A stretch of DNA of 64,000 nt from assembly GCA_013265495.1 (NCBI GenBank), contig MU057560.1:1562753-1626752 (forward strand), in the 5' to 3' direction. Position numbers and translations under genes: made by a program. Source of the DNA: Vicugna vicugna. Lineage: Eukaryota. How positions within the stretch are numbered: the stretch's first letter is position 1; every line of letters starts with the position of its first letter. Shown here one piece after another: positions 1 through 12,889 of this stretch. The notes below the pieces were generated by a model, which had not been told where the DNA came from, made no database searches, and was given only the letters and a program-made list of their open reading frames with translations.

Positions 1-37
1 AAAAGGACACAATTGATTATTAAGCAAGCATTAATAA

Positions 38-1590
38 TCCCAGGATTCAGACAGTACTACAGAGCTACAGTAATCAAAACAGCATGGTTTGGGCACAAAA
101 ACAGACACAGGGACGAATGGAACAGAATACAGAGCCCAGAGGTAAACGCACACACCTACAATCGATTAATCTTCAGCAAAGGAGACAAGAACATACGATG
201 GAGAAAAGACAGTCTCTTCAGCAAGTAGTGCTGGGAAAGCTGGACAAGTAAATTAGTGAAGCTAGAACACACCCTCACACCACACACAAAAATAAACTCA
301 AAATGGCTTAAAGATTTAAATATAAGACGTGACACCATTAAACTCCTAGAAGAAAACATAGGCAAAAACATTATCTGACGTAAGTATCTGTTCTTTCCCA
401 AACAGTGTTTTCTTAGGTCAATCTCCCAAGGCAACAGAGATAAAAGCAAAAGTAAACAAATAGGACCTAGTCAAACTTACAAGGTTTGCACAGCAAAGTA
501 AACCACAGGCCAAATGAAAGACAACGCATAGTCTGGGAGAAAACGCTTGCAAACAGTGCAGCCAACAAGAGACTGATTTGCAAAGGAGACAAAAAGCTTG
601 TAAAACCCAACAACAAAGCAAGCAAACAAACAACTCAATCAAAAAATGGGTAAAAGACCTAAATAGACATTTCTCCAAAGAAGACACGCAGATGGCCAAT
701 AAGCACATGAAAAGATGCTCCACATCACTAATTATGAGAGAAATGAAGTCAAAACTACAATGAGACACCACCTCACACCAGTCAGAATGGCCGTCACTAA
801 AATGTCTACAAACAGCAAAGGCTGGAGAGGGTGTGGGGAAAGCGGACCCCTCCTGCACTGTTTCTGGGAATGTAAACTGGCCACTGTGGAGAACAGTGTG
901 GAGATTTCTTAAAAAACTAAAAATAGAATTTCCATATGATCCAGCAATCCCACTCCTGGGCATGTATCCAGAGAACACTCTAACTTGAAAATGTGCATGT
1001 ACCCAAATGTTCATAGCAGCACTATTTACAAGAGCCAAGACATGGAAGCAACCTAAGTGTCCATTGTCAGAAGGCTGGATAAAGAAGATGTGGTATATAT
1101 ACAATGGAATACTACTCAGCCATAAAAATAATAATAAAATAATACCGTGTGCAGCAACATGAGTGGACCTAGAGATTATCATACTAAGTGAAGTAACAGA
1201 AAGAGAAAGACAAACACCATATGACATCACTTATACGTAGAATCTAAAATATGGCACAAATGAACTTATTTATTTACTACAAAACAGAATCAGACTCACA
1301 TAGAAAACAAACTTACACTTACCAAAGCGGAAAGGGGGGTGAGGTATAAATGAAGAGTTTGGGATTAGCAGATGCAAACTATTATATATAAAATAGGTAA
1401 ACAGCAAGGTTCTACTGTGTAGCACAGGGAACTGTATTCAATATTTTGTGATAACCTATAATGGTAAAAATATATATGTATATATTCACATACAAATATA
1501 TGTTTGTATAACAGAATCACTTTGCTGTACACCAGAAACTAACACAACATTGTAAATCAACTATTCTTCAATTTTAAAAAATTTTAATTC
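38..1590 (+). mobile_element. 5'-truncated LINE-1 (ORF2 3' part with stops/frameshifts plus 3'UTR and A-rich tail)
   Basis: ORF2 peptides [14 protein letters not shown] and [30 protein letters not shown]; 3'UTR motif gcacagggaact...caatat; A-rich end near 1575. Confidence 0.95.
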
Positions 1591-1629
1591 AATCTTAAAA
1601 ATGGTGCTCAAAAAAATGTAAGGCATGGG

Positions 1630-1712
1630 TAAATTCTCCAACACCTGACTGTCTGGCACAGAGTAGAAATTCAGGTGATGTATATTGAATGAATGAGTGA
1701 GTGCGTAGTTGA
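1630..1712 (+). mobile_element. L2 3' tail fragment
   Basis: tgtctggcacagagtag...ttgaatgaatgagtgagtg resembles the L2 3' terminus. Confidence 0.55.
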
Positions 1713-2329
1713 GTAAATAGAATATGATGCTAAGTGAAAAAAACTAAAGTCAAATTTTCACACTTGGATGGACCTATATAAAAATGCATATAATTTATTT
1801 AAGGAAATATTAACTTCATTACAAGCAGCAATGGTTGAATTGTAGTATTATTGCTGTATTTTTCTTCTTTCTACTTTTTAATATTTTCCATCTTTTTATT
1901 AATATAATGGAAGGTTTTTACAATGTTAACAAAAATAAAACAAGCTTTATTTTCCTGCTAACGGGAACTTCCTGCGCTGCTCAGAGCCCCACTGACTCGC
2001 AGCAACATCAGTCCCAACCATCCTTCAAGTGCCACCATCTGCCAGTACATCCCCGCAGCCTTTGACCTCTGCTGCCAGTGCAAACAAGACCTAAGATGCA
2101 AAGCTCTAACACCAGCCTGAGTCCTCAGCACATCAGCGATACAGGAAATGTATCTCCCATGAGGCAAAGTGTTCGCTTCAGAGAACTGGCCTCTGGCAGA
2201 AGAGTGACACCCAGAGGCCTCCCTTCTGTCACTGTTGTCGGTGTTGCTGAGGGTTTTTCTGTAATGTTGTCAACCTAGGTATAAGCTGCTGTTTATTTCT
2301 CTTTCCCCAGATATACTATTTATATAATA

Positions 2330-2760
2330 AATACATATATTTAGTTATATATATATAATATAGTTAAAGAAATTGACTCACATGATTGTGGGAGCTGGCA
2401 AGTTTAAAATCTATGGGGCAAGCCCACAGGCTGCAAATTCAGGCAAGACTTGCTTTTGCAGCCCTGAGCCTGAAATCTGCAGAGAAGTCTGGACAGTTAG
2501 AAACTCAGAGTTATTATGTAACAGTTTTGAGACAATATCTTCTTCTCCAGGAAACTTCAGTTTTTGCTCTTAAAGCCTTCAACTTGATTGAATGAGGTCC
2601 ACCCACATTATCAAGGATAATCTCCTTCCTTTAAAGTCAACCGATTGTAAATATTAATCACATCTACCAAATACCTTCACTGCAACATCTAGACTATATT
2701 TGGCCAAACAGCTGGGCACCACAGCTCAGCCACATCGACACAGAGAATTAACCATGACAT
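2330..2760 (-). mobile_element. ERVL-class solo LTR (MLT2-like)
   Basis: gaaattgactcacatgattgtgggagctggcaagt...ttgaatgaggtccacccacattatcaaggataatct...ttaaccatgaca matches the MLT2 antisense pattern. Confidence 0.8.
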
Positions 2761-2829
2761 GCGTTTTTCCCCATTCTGCAAATGTTTTCTCTGCTCCTCA
2801 CTTGCTTCTTAGATATTTCTTGTCGATAT

Positions 2830-3010
2830 TCCATGGTGACAGGAACTGCGTCTCATTCACATCGATATCTTCAGGACCAAGGACAGAATTCTGCCCAGAA
2901 CAAATGTATAAAAATTGTGGTGGGATGGATGAACAGAAGAATGAAAGAAAGGAAGGAAAGGAAGGGAGGGAAGGAAGGAAAGAAGAGAGGGAGGAAGGGA
3001 GGGGGAGGGC
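2830..3010 (+). mobile_element. L2 3' end running into a (GAAG/GGAA)n purine-rich tract
   Basis: gacaggaactgcgtctcattcac...gatggatgaacagaagaatgaaagaaaggaaggaaagg. Confidence 0.55.
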
Positions 3011-3559
3011 GGAGAAGATGGACAGTTCACATCTCTTGTAGGTTACTTCTCTCTACAGTGATCTCTCCCTTGCTGGACTCTTGTAATTTATTTTTCAGCC
3101 TACACCACAACTCTTGGTACTAGTATAATGCTGGTTTATGTCTTTCAAATAAAATGTTTAATTCTTTGACAAAAAGCTAGGTTCTACAAATTTTCATAAC
3201 TTTGTACTTACCTAGCAAAGTAATGGAACTATAAATAAACCAGTAACTATGGGATGACCCTAAAATTTAGCTCTGATGATAGTGGAACATTGGTATGTAC
3301 ATGGCCACTGATCAAAACCTTTTTATTGCTCTTTAAATTTACCCTGACCTTTCTGTGACCAGATCGCATTATTTCCCCAGGTGACTACTGCAGAAGCCGT
3401 GGCTCATCCAAGCTGGATGATTTTGCTGTGGGCTTGTTCGGTGCTGGCAGTGGGCTATGGCACCTGGGACGAGACTAGTTCGGCTATCAAATGCGGAAAC
3501 AAAAAGAAAAAAATAAATGAGCAATCTCGTGCTGGCCATCTTCCCTTTTCTTTCAGATC

Positions 3560-3860
3560 TATTCTCTCTCTTTCTCCACCTCTGACCACCAGCTTCCTGG
3601 CCCAGGAACCTCACCTGAGTGGATTACAGGGATGGGCTCCCTGGCCTTTCGGCTGTAAGGTGGGTAGAAATTTGGAGAAAGAGAATAATTGCAGAAAAGA
3701 AGGCCTAGGAAACCGAAGGGCAACCTCCTCCTTGGCAGCCCCCTCACAGGTCTTAGCAATCTCTTTATTTCCCTCCAGGCTTTCACTAAAACTTTCTCCA
3801 AATCCAGCCACCACCCACTGTCCACTTGCAAAGCTTCCCCTACATGTTAGGGTTTTATTC
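3560..3860. mobile_element. Ancient ERVL LTR fragment (LTR33-like)
   Basis: cctgagtggattacagggatgggctccctggcctttcggctgtaaggtggg resembles LTR33 as recalled. Confidence 0.4.
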
Positions 3861-3889
3861 CACAGAACCTCACGTCCAGGGTCCACAAT

Positions 3890-4400
3890 CTATATTAATT
3901 ATTCATAACTGAGTGATAAATTACCCCCGAACCTGCTGGCTTAAAGGGCAGTAGGCATTTCTCACTTGGTGTGAATTCCATGGCTCTGCACTCAGCAGCG
4001 GCTGCCCTGGGTGCCCTGGCTCTGGCTCGCTCTTGAAGCTTCAACAAGCATCTTGGCTCGACTACAATCATCAGAAGGCTTGCCCGGGGCTGCAAGGTCC
4101 ACTTCCAAGCAAATCACTCATGTGACTGGCAAGCTGTGCTGGCTCCCGGCTGGAGCCTCAGTTCCTGAACATGGGGACCACTGCACGGGCAGCTCAAGAG
4201 TCCTCACGAGACGGCAGCTGCCCTCCAGGCGTCTGAGGGGGAGAAGGCTCTGGATAACCTAGTCCTGGGGGTCACATGCCATCACTTACACAGAATGTTC
4301 CAGGGCCCGTGGGTCAGCCCTGTTTAACTTGGGAGGGGAGCACCCAGAGGCATGACTACCAGGAGGCGAGGAGCCCCACCTTGGAGGACACCTGGCACAG
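3890..4400 (-). mobile_element. MaLR solo LTR (MLT1F/G-like)
   Basis: ggggctgcaaggtccacttccaagcaaatcactcatgtgactggcaagctg...cctcagttcct...ggcatgactaccaggaggcgagg. Confidence 0.75.
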
Positions 4401-6029
4401 GTGTCACACATCCCACTGCTCATCCGGGCAGGGGTGATGGGCATGGTGGGGTGGAGGACACGTGGAAGGAAACATGATGTTTTTCAGGAACCCCTGGGGC
4501 AGGCGTGGGAGAGGCGGCCTTTAATATAAACCCTTGTTTGCTTCCTTCCTCCAGTTTCCCTGTTTCTCTTTCCTCATTAATTCCAGGTGTCGGCTTCATT
4601 CTCTTTACCTCAGGAATGTCTTTCTGGGAGAGAATAAAATTAGTGTGCAAGTGATCCTAGCTTGTGCTTGCCAAAGCCTTAAACCTCAGAGATGGAGAAA
4701 TGTACACAAAATTCTAGAAAAGCATGCGGACTCAGCTCTCCCACTTTCCATCAAGCTCAAAAGAGATGCTCTTGACGGGCGGGGAGGACAGGAGACAAGA
4801 CACCACAGAGCACTTGGGTCCCAGACCTAGAACTGCTCTCATCCGTGCTCCCTAGGAGGCAGCGGGACCCCCGGCAGGAGAATGTCTCAGGTTCACTCTG
4901 AGATTCTGTGACCTCACAACAGTTTTAGTGCCCCATTCCTAGCACAGGAGCGAGAGAAACTTGGAGGCTCAAAGACAGACTTACAGCAGCTGACAGCTGG
5001 GGGACAGTGAGAACCATCTCAGCTTGAACCTGTGTGCGCTGATCCCCGAGGACCAGAGAAGCCGCTGCCTTGTCCCTGCAGGAGACATCGGGGCAGTGGG
5101 AACACAACGGGGGTGTGTCACGGGCCCAGTGGAACGGGGGCGTGGGGCCTGCAAGTAGTGACCAGTAGGAAGCACTCACGGCTGTTTACACGCCGGTTTA
5201 CACGCATGACGCCGATGGAAGCCCCACTTCAGGGAACGGGTTGAATCAGTTAACATGTTCGAGAAGCCTTCTGGGTTTTGAGGTGGCCCCCATCCTGCAT
5301 GAGATGAGGCGAAAACGACTTAAAGACCCTTCGTGGATAAAAACGGCTCACCACAAGCCTTAGTTGAAGCGAGTCTGCCTGCCTCTTCGTTAGGAAAATT
5401 TGTCCGTTTTACAGTTCGCATCTGACACCAGATTCATGCAGGCTCCCACATCACAGCTTTTCTAGGTGAAGAATGCATCTGACAAAGTCTGGATGGGCTG
5501 AGCAAGTTCGTAAAGAACCAGCTCCCTTGTCTCGAAACCCTCTCCGTCCTTCAAGGTGTCTGGGCCACCCCGGCCAGGCTCCTTCCTGCCTCAGCTCCCG
5601 CGTGATAGTCTCTCCGCTCCCCCTGCACCTTCCTGAGCATCTGCGTCTATTGCTGACTCAGCCGGGCTCGGCCTGTGTGCGTCTCCCTGTGGAGACCTTG
5701 GCTCCCCCAGGGCACAGCTTGTTTTTCTGTCATGTCTAGAGGCTGGGGCAGCGACTCCACCAAAGAGATGACTGAATAAACCGTAATTTCTCAGATGCAA
5801 AAGCACAAAAGTGAGCTTGGCGCCAGAACCGCCTGCCTTTGAAAAGTCACGTCCCCAGTGTTCTTCTCTCTCTGCTTATCTCCCCTCCCTTCCCCCACAA
5901 TCGCTGCCCGCCCTTGCCTCCCGCATACAGGTAAACTCATTGAAAAACTGTTCGCAGTCAGAATCAAAGCCTGACCCCCGGCAGAGCTCGGTGGAAGCCC
6001 CCTGATCTCCCTGCGGAAGCGCGTGGTCT

Positions 6030-6265
6030 GCCTGCCGCAGGAGGGCCGGGCCATCAGGCAAGTCTGCGCTCAGAACCCATCGCGCCGCGTACCAGGGCAG
6101 GACTTTTAGCGAGCTGTCCAACTTCCTGACGCCACGCCCTCATCTGCAGAGCAAGTGCTCGGGATCATGACGACCCCGGGGGTTCCTGCGCATCGGGGAG
6201 ACCCCGCGCAGGCAGAGCTGGGCTACAGGCTGGCCCCCCGGAGCCCCTCCGGGCGGCGGCGCCCC
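6030..6265 (+). mobile_element. MIR SINE, heavily GC-shifted
   Basis: Colinear MIR landmarks: tcaggcaagtctgcgctcagaaccc (box B region), gccctcatctgcagagc (core cctcatctgtaaaatg), gggctacaggctggccccccgg (tail cacagtgcctggcacatag). Confidence 0.6.
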
Positions 6266-6630
6266 TCCGCGCGCTCTCTCCCGAGGCCAGCGCCCCGCGC
6301 CCGCGGCTGGCGGACGGACGGGGCGTGCAGCCAGGGCCCTCCCTGCCCCTGCCCCCCTCCAGGAGGCTCTCCGCGCGGCCGGGCGGCGCAGTCAGAGGGC
6401 AGTGGCCCTGGGGCTCCACGGCCCTTCGCCCACGCAGCTCTGCCACCACGGGTGGAAGGAGCAAAGCGGGCCACGGCCACCAGCGCCCACCTGCAGCGCC
6501 CGCGACCTGCCCCCAGGCCCGCGCGGAGCCGGGACCAGGCGCAGCGCGGCCTCCGCGAGCGGCGAGTGGAGCGAAGCCTTCAGCAAACGCCGCAGGAGCT
6601 CACCAGTTCAGTTTCGCGCAGCTACGCCGA
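6150..6630. other. CpG/GC peak 1 (CpG-island-like)
   Basis: Abrupt very GC-rich, CpG-dense block; AT-richer sequence resumes by ~6650. Confidence 0.85.
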
Positions 6631-8093
6631 CACTGAGCTCCATTCTGTTTTCTTTACGAATGGGGCAAAGCCCCTCCAGAGGTAGTAAATCAAGTTCAGT
6701 CATTTAGTTACCAAGTCCTTCCCCATGAAACTCCAAGTCAGCGGTTGAAACGACCAGCCTCTTCAAAATAATTAACAGCAGACATCCGGATTCACTAGTT
6801 ACTGAGCCGTTCACAGCCTCAGAAGCCTTCTGTGGGTAACCGAGCCCGCGTTCAAAAAGGAAAGGAGTGTTTTTCAGTTTCTTTTAAACAGAAGCTTATC
6901 GTCCATGAACATGAAACACAAATGTCCAACAAAAATTTACTTTTTTTATTTCACCAAGTTAATGTCAACACATGTTATTAATTTTTGCTACCAAGCCAGT
7001 CTTAGTGGGGAGTCTGGAAGCGCGGCCAACCGGAGTTTAACGAGCTGCTGGCTGTTCAACGGCGCACGTACCACAGGGAGGCCAGATGGACCATTCGGTT
7101 GCACCCTCCGCATGCTTTTCTGGAACGTGGAGAGGCTCCCCCCCATCGCTGGCACACCTCTCGATGTCCGTAAAGTCTTCTCTTTCTAAGTCCTCGCAAT
7201 GCGTCTTCATGATTCTCCAAGACCAGCGTCAGCGCTGCTCACAGTCTGGGAACATGAGCCCCCGGCAGCTGAAGCTCCTGCACCACGCCTTCCGTTTTCT
7301 TTCAAAGAACAACAGTATCAGTAACACTCTTGTTTTAGCTCCTGTAGGAGCTGGGAAGCCAGTCCACTGTCCAGTGAGAACATTTCCATGAGGTGGGGCA
7401 GCCAGGCTTGCTTTATTTTTATCTGAAGTGCTAAATCCGTTTCAATCTGTAAACTCTGTAGACACCTGGCTTCTCGATGAGATCGCCTTAGAATTGTAAT
7501 GGCTTCTTAACCATTCTCCTTTTAAAATGCAGGAAATATACACCTCTCTGGGCAAAGGCACACCTCCTTTAAATAACGGAACGGCTACAGGATCCCAGTT
7601 TCTCATGATGGTGATTTTTTAAATAAATAAATGAGTGAGTGAACAAAGTGGCCTTTGACAACTGGCAAGTGCACATGGCATTGATTTCATTCAACAAGCA
7701 GTAACGTGCAGAGCTCGCACCACGTGTGTGGGGATTCAGTGTCTCCGATGGTCACGCAAAAGGGACAAGCAGTGAGTCTCAGGCCACGACCTCCAGTCTC
7801 TAAGAACAACCGTCCAGAGAGAGGAGGCCGTGTGCGAGGGTGAGAGTAGCAGGTGGTACGTCGCGTGTCCTGCAAACCTTCGGTTTCGTGGGCGCGCTTC
7901 CCGGCGCCACCAGAGCATCTGCATTCCTTTATCTTTATACTGACACTTTGCTCAAAAGCTGCATGTTCTCTTTCTTTTTGCTTCCACCGAGCTTCTTAAA
8001 GGGAGGCTTCCTGTCTTATTCATCTATACATCTACATCTTTGGAACTTCAGCAAAGTGGCTGGTTCAAAGTGTGTGGTTTTACATACTTACAA

Positions 8094-8146
<53 letters not shown>

Positions 8147-8167
8147 CAGATGAGAGAGAGAGAGAGA
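8094..8167 (+). repeat. Compound microsatellite (ATAG)~13 followed by (GA)~8
   Basis: Directly visible tandem repeats. Confidence 0.97.
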
Positions 8168-8867
8168 ATGTGAGCTCGTGGACTGGCGATCTCATCTAAA
8201 AGCCTGGGCCTGCGCAAGGTGACAAGAAGTGGCCATTAGCTCGACTGACTGAGTGAAAGAGGAGCCTGGCGTGTGGGGCAGACAGCCTCCCCACAGGTCC
8301 TCCACACCCGCTCCAGGTGTCCTGCCCCCCAACACCAAGTTTACCTGGAAACATAGGTCCTGTAAGACCAAGGGACAAAGAACAAGTCCGACACACTGGA
8401 AAGAACTCCCAACTTGGGTCAGAACATCTGAGTTTCACACTGACTCCGCTTCATAGCTCACAGGCTCACCCGTTCACCTAGCGTCAGCTCTGCCCCAGAC
8501 ACACGCGTACCAGCGGGCAGAGCCTGGAACAATGGTGCGAGCAAAGGGAGCCAAAGAGATGAGGAGGGTGAATCTTCAGGGCACACTAGTCAAACAGAGT
8601 GTAAGTCATTCTGCAAAGGAGAGAGAAGCAGCCAACGAGGTCCTGTTTCTTGAGGCAGTTTTTCCGCATTAAGTGAAGATCTAAGATAAGCCATTATAGT
8701 TCCTGTATATTAATAAATTTCATAAAGGTAAAAATGCATAACCTCACCACTAAACGTAGCCTAAACACAGATCAGCTTTCCTGATGATTTAGATCAATGC
8801 TCTAAGAATCCCTAAAGTTTCTGAGTAACGTTCACAGAGGAGGAAGAGGAAGGGAACGTGCTGCTGG

Positions 8868-9100
8868 TGATAATGGTGATGTCCGGCATGAGGGGCTCTC
8901 TGCACACAGCTCTTACTCTTAAAAACATACATATACACCTATACTCATCTAATCCCCAAAACCCTATTAGTATCTTCATTCTGTACACGAGGACTTACAC
9001 ACAGAGAGCTTTTAAATCTTGCTCAGGTTCGTATGCATTCGAAGACGTAGTGTTTGAATTTAACCCAGGCATTTTGACTTCAAGAAGGACACCACTCCAT
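8868..9100 (-). mobile_element. MIR SINE
   Basis: ctcatctaatccccaaaaccctattagtatcttcattctgtacacgaggac...gaatttaacccaggcattttgacttcaaga. Confidence 0.65.
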
Positions 9101-11227
9101 GGCCAAGATTCCAGAAACTCGTGTTGCTAGACATCTACGTAACTTTTTATCCTTCAGAAGTTTTAGGAAAAATAAACAGAAAGGAAAATTCACTCTGGCA
9201 ATTTCAGTTCAACCGAATTCATGTCAAACACCAATCACTGGAGAAGCAAATAAAGCAAACTGAATGAGGGGGCTGTATTGTTTTACCCTTTCCAACATTT
9301 TACATGAAGTTTTAATCTCTCAAGTGAATGCTTCCTTTGAAAATATTTTTAAGTGAAGTTTTAACTGTATTATTAAACTTCATTTCTTAAAAACTCCTAT
9401 TATGCATACCTACATCACGTCTATACCCAGTAGCCAATAGGTCTCCAAATTGTGAGAAATGTGAATTCCAAAAATATTTCTGTCTGGTTGGAAATTTTCT
9501 TTAGGTCTACAAGTCTAAACCAACAAAATTGAGGGCGGAGCACGCTCTTTTCCTGTACGAGCCAGTTACCTTGCAAAGAAAGAAACCACATTCCTTGACC
9601 TTAGAATTCACCCGGGCTCTAGCCAATCCTATCGCAAACGTGTTTCCTTAGTCATTTTTAAAAATAAAAAAAAATGCAAATGATTGCGTATGATTTAGTT
9701 AATCCACTGTCACAGTGAAGACACAGCTTGAAAGTATGTTCTCTATATAGCTATTCATTTGGTGGAATAGATTGAAATAGGTTAAAAATATGATTTTATA
9801 CTATAAATAATTTAAATATAATGCTTACAGACATGTTACCAAAACCATACAAAATCAGAGAGAGAGAACTGTTATGCGGAGAACAATGGCTCCTGTTAAT
9901 GTGGTGTGATCTCCTGAATCCTATTATTGAGACTAAAAATCTTTTAAAGCAATTTTTACTGCTGTGATGCACTGGAAATGAAATATCAAAGTCTGGCTTC
10001 ATCTTCCTACCAAAACAATGCTATTTGTATGTTTAACATTACTGAACATAAGTGCTATTAATGAAAAGAAGTATTGTTAACAACGAAGTGTTGTTAACTT
10101 TGGCCTTGAGTGCATTTTTTTATTTGAAAACTATTTGGGGGAAAAAATAAAAATGTATGGTCTGCATTACGTTCCTGTGGCTGGGATTTGGCAACTTAAC
10201 ATCGCTTTGCTTTAACTTCCTGAAGTAAACCCGCCGTGGCTCTCAAATAAGGGAGCGTGGCCATGTCTCCGCCTCCACTGTCTCAACAGCTGAATCTTGG
10301 GTTTTGTTTGTTTGCTTGTTTGTTTTTAAGTAACAAGCTGAATTAAGCATTAGAACAGACATCTATTCCAAAATTCTAAGTGAACTAATTAAACTCTGAA
10401 GAGGAAAGGTACTCTCTTGGTCTGACAAGCATGGGTGAGGGCTTGTCAATAGCACAAAGGGCTCCATTATTTCTGCTTCAAAGTAAATAGCCAAAAAAAA
10501 AGAAAAAGCCACAGAGATGAATGATGAGCTAAGTGCTAGACACCAGGTAGGCACAAAGTGCAAAAAGCAGCACTGTGTTGTTTTACAGAAGAATGTGGCT
10601 CATATTAACCATTCATTTCCTCAATGCAACATATGCTTTGGAGGTTCCTGGGCAACACATTGCTGAAGAGAACAAGTAAATAATTACTGCTTTGGTAAAA
10701 TATAAAGTTGAACTATAAAAGAATCACATTCGTAATTGCAGTGTGGTGTAGACTGAGTTTGGATCCCTGTTCAACCACAGACTATCCCAGAAAATTTGTC
10801 TAAGTTTGTTTCATATATGCAGTCCGATCTTCACATTGTAAATCTGATACGTGTATACATACATAGGAATATTGGAATGCATATATTGAATAAATAGATA
10901 TTAAATGTATATAATATATATGAGAGAACAGACAATAGTACATCTATACAAATATGTGAAAATAAAATCTACACATGAAATATATATTTCTGTATTACAC
11001 ATACATATCAATCCAGACACAGGACGCAGAATGGTCGCACCATCACTCGGGTGGCGCCACAAACACATCCTGCCTATAGGGTGCCTGACGTAGGGGCTGG
11101 TACATGGGAGATAATCACATAATGGAGGTAAAATATTTTAATCCAAGAAGCATTCAGTTTCCATTTCTTTCCAATTTTAATGCATCCAGTGCTTTCTAAA
11201 GAGGGAAGAAAGGACTAGTTCATCTTT

Positions 11228-11454
11228 TTTTTAACATTTTTATTGAGTTATATGCATTTTACAACGTTGTGTCAAATTCCAGTGTAAAGCACAGTTTTTC
11301 AGTTATACATGAACATATATATATTCATTGTCACATTTTTTCCTCTGTGAGCTACCATAGGATCTTGTATATATTTCCCTGTGCTATGCAGTACAATCTT
11401 GTTTATCTGTTCTGCATTTTGAAATCCCAGTCTGTCCCTTCCCGCCCCCTGCCC
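11228..11454 (-). mobile_element. Young camelid-type L1 3'UTR fragment with 17-bp TSD
   Basis: Poly-T start; near-identical to the L1 3'UTRs at 20650-21013 and 24073-24400; TSD aggactagttc(a/t)tcttt at 11211-11227 and 11455-11471. Confidence 0.93.
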
Positions 11455-12889
11455 AGGACTAGTTCTTCTTTGCTATGCTGTCTCTCTCTCTCTCTGAAAA
11501 GGAAGAATGACACAATGAAATCACCTTTTGTTTTTCTGACATGATTCTCTGCACACACTCATAGCACAAAGATGTGTACAAACTAACCAACCCTCAGTTA
11601 GGATCTTGCAGTTCAACGCGTAATCGTGTGATTTTTTTAGATCTGGGCAGGGTAGGATAAAATCGCTGTGGCTCCCAGAACTTGAGCAGTCGCCCCACCT
11701 GGTGTCGTAAGTCGCTGAGGAGACACCAGCACCGTGCCCGCAGTCCATGCGCCGTCCCTGGCCTCCTGGGCTGTCTGCACTGTGGACATGAGGGGCACAG
11801 CACAGAAGACAGGGTGTACTCTCCTTCTTCTGCACGAGGAGCCTTCCCATTTTGTAGGTGAGACACTGCAGCCAGGACGGAGGAGCGACCTGACAGGCTA
11901 ACCTGGAGAGCGAGGACAGAGCTCCTGTCCGTGCCGGCCCCACCCCCACAGCATCACTTGTCCCCTGTCTCTTCTGCTCTGTCAAGTACTGGTTGCTATA
12001 AAAATGGGCAGGGAAGGAGCCTTGAGGAAGCCCCACTCAGGTGTCTGTCTGGAGCTGGATTCTAGTCCAGGGACGTGGGCTCTGCCTGGAAAGGACAGAA
12101 GAGCAGAGGCTGGCCACAGAGAGGAGAGGGCCAGAGACGCGCAGCACACCGGGGGCCGGATGACGGGCGCAAACTTGTCTTCAGCGCATCTCGTACAAAG
12201 CAGGCAGCTAAGCCGTACTCCTTGCCCTCCCCACTGCGGGATCCTTCCTAGAAGGCGTCCCTAGTCCACTAAACGACAGCGCCCGCCTATCTCTAGAATT
12301 CCATGCTGGATTAGCATTGACAAGCAAAAAAAAAAAAATCCATCCTCTGCTTCTCCGTGCGAAATTTAAATTGGCGGGGCAGAGACGCTGCCCCTTCTTT
12401 AATGGGTCATGAGAGAATTAGAGAGCTTTCATGAAGCAGCTGGGATTCAGGCTGAGGTTCAAAGATTTCCAGCAGCATATTTTGGTGATTAGGAAAAGCA
12501 AGCGCTTAATTTCTGACTGGCTTTCTCTGCTATGCCTGACACTTCCGCCTGGCTTCCAAGTATTTAATCCCTTCTTCTTTCCCTCCCAAGTAAAAACATT
12601 CACACGTTTCCTTTATAATGTGGTATGTTAAGAGGATATGGATTTTCATGTCTTCGGCTTCTGTAGGCTTCTGAATATATTTTGTCAGTACGGAAACTCT
12701 CCCCGGCGGGACCTGGGGATAAGGGCCACTGCTGCAAGCGCCTTGGAAAATGGAAGCGCTGGGGCAGTCGGCCCGAACCGTATTTGCTGCAGGAAGTGCG
12801 GGGCTTTCTGGGAGGAAAGAGATAAAGAAGGCTCTGCGATAATAGAATAAAGAGGATTTTTTCTTCTCCTTCTGTGTGTTTTTCCTAAG

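Noticed and set aside
418..1230. 270-aa minus-strand ORF
   Set aside because: Antisense reading of L1 ORF2; a common artefact.
3381..3908. 175-aa ORF with a hydrophobic N-terminus resembling a signal peptide
   Set aside because: GTG start, runs through an LTR remnant, no recognisable homology.
5791..7620. Decayed hAT (ZNF862/Tip100-like) transposase on the minus strand, suggested by peptides YAARWVLS...DGPALLRQ and LCPIRKENRMELSV
   Set aside because: The best motif lies within DNA that aligns better to a MIR on the other strand. Motif spacing is wrong by several hundred bp and all frames are full of stops, so the resemblance is probably chance.
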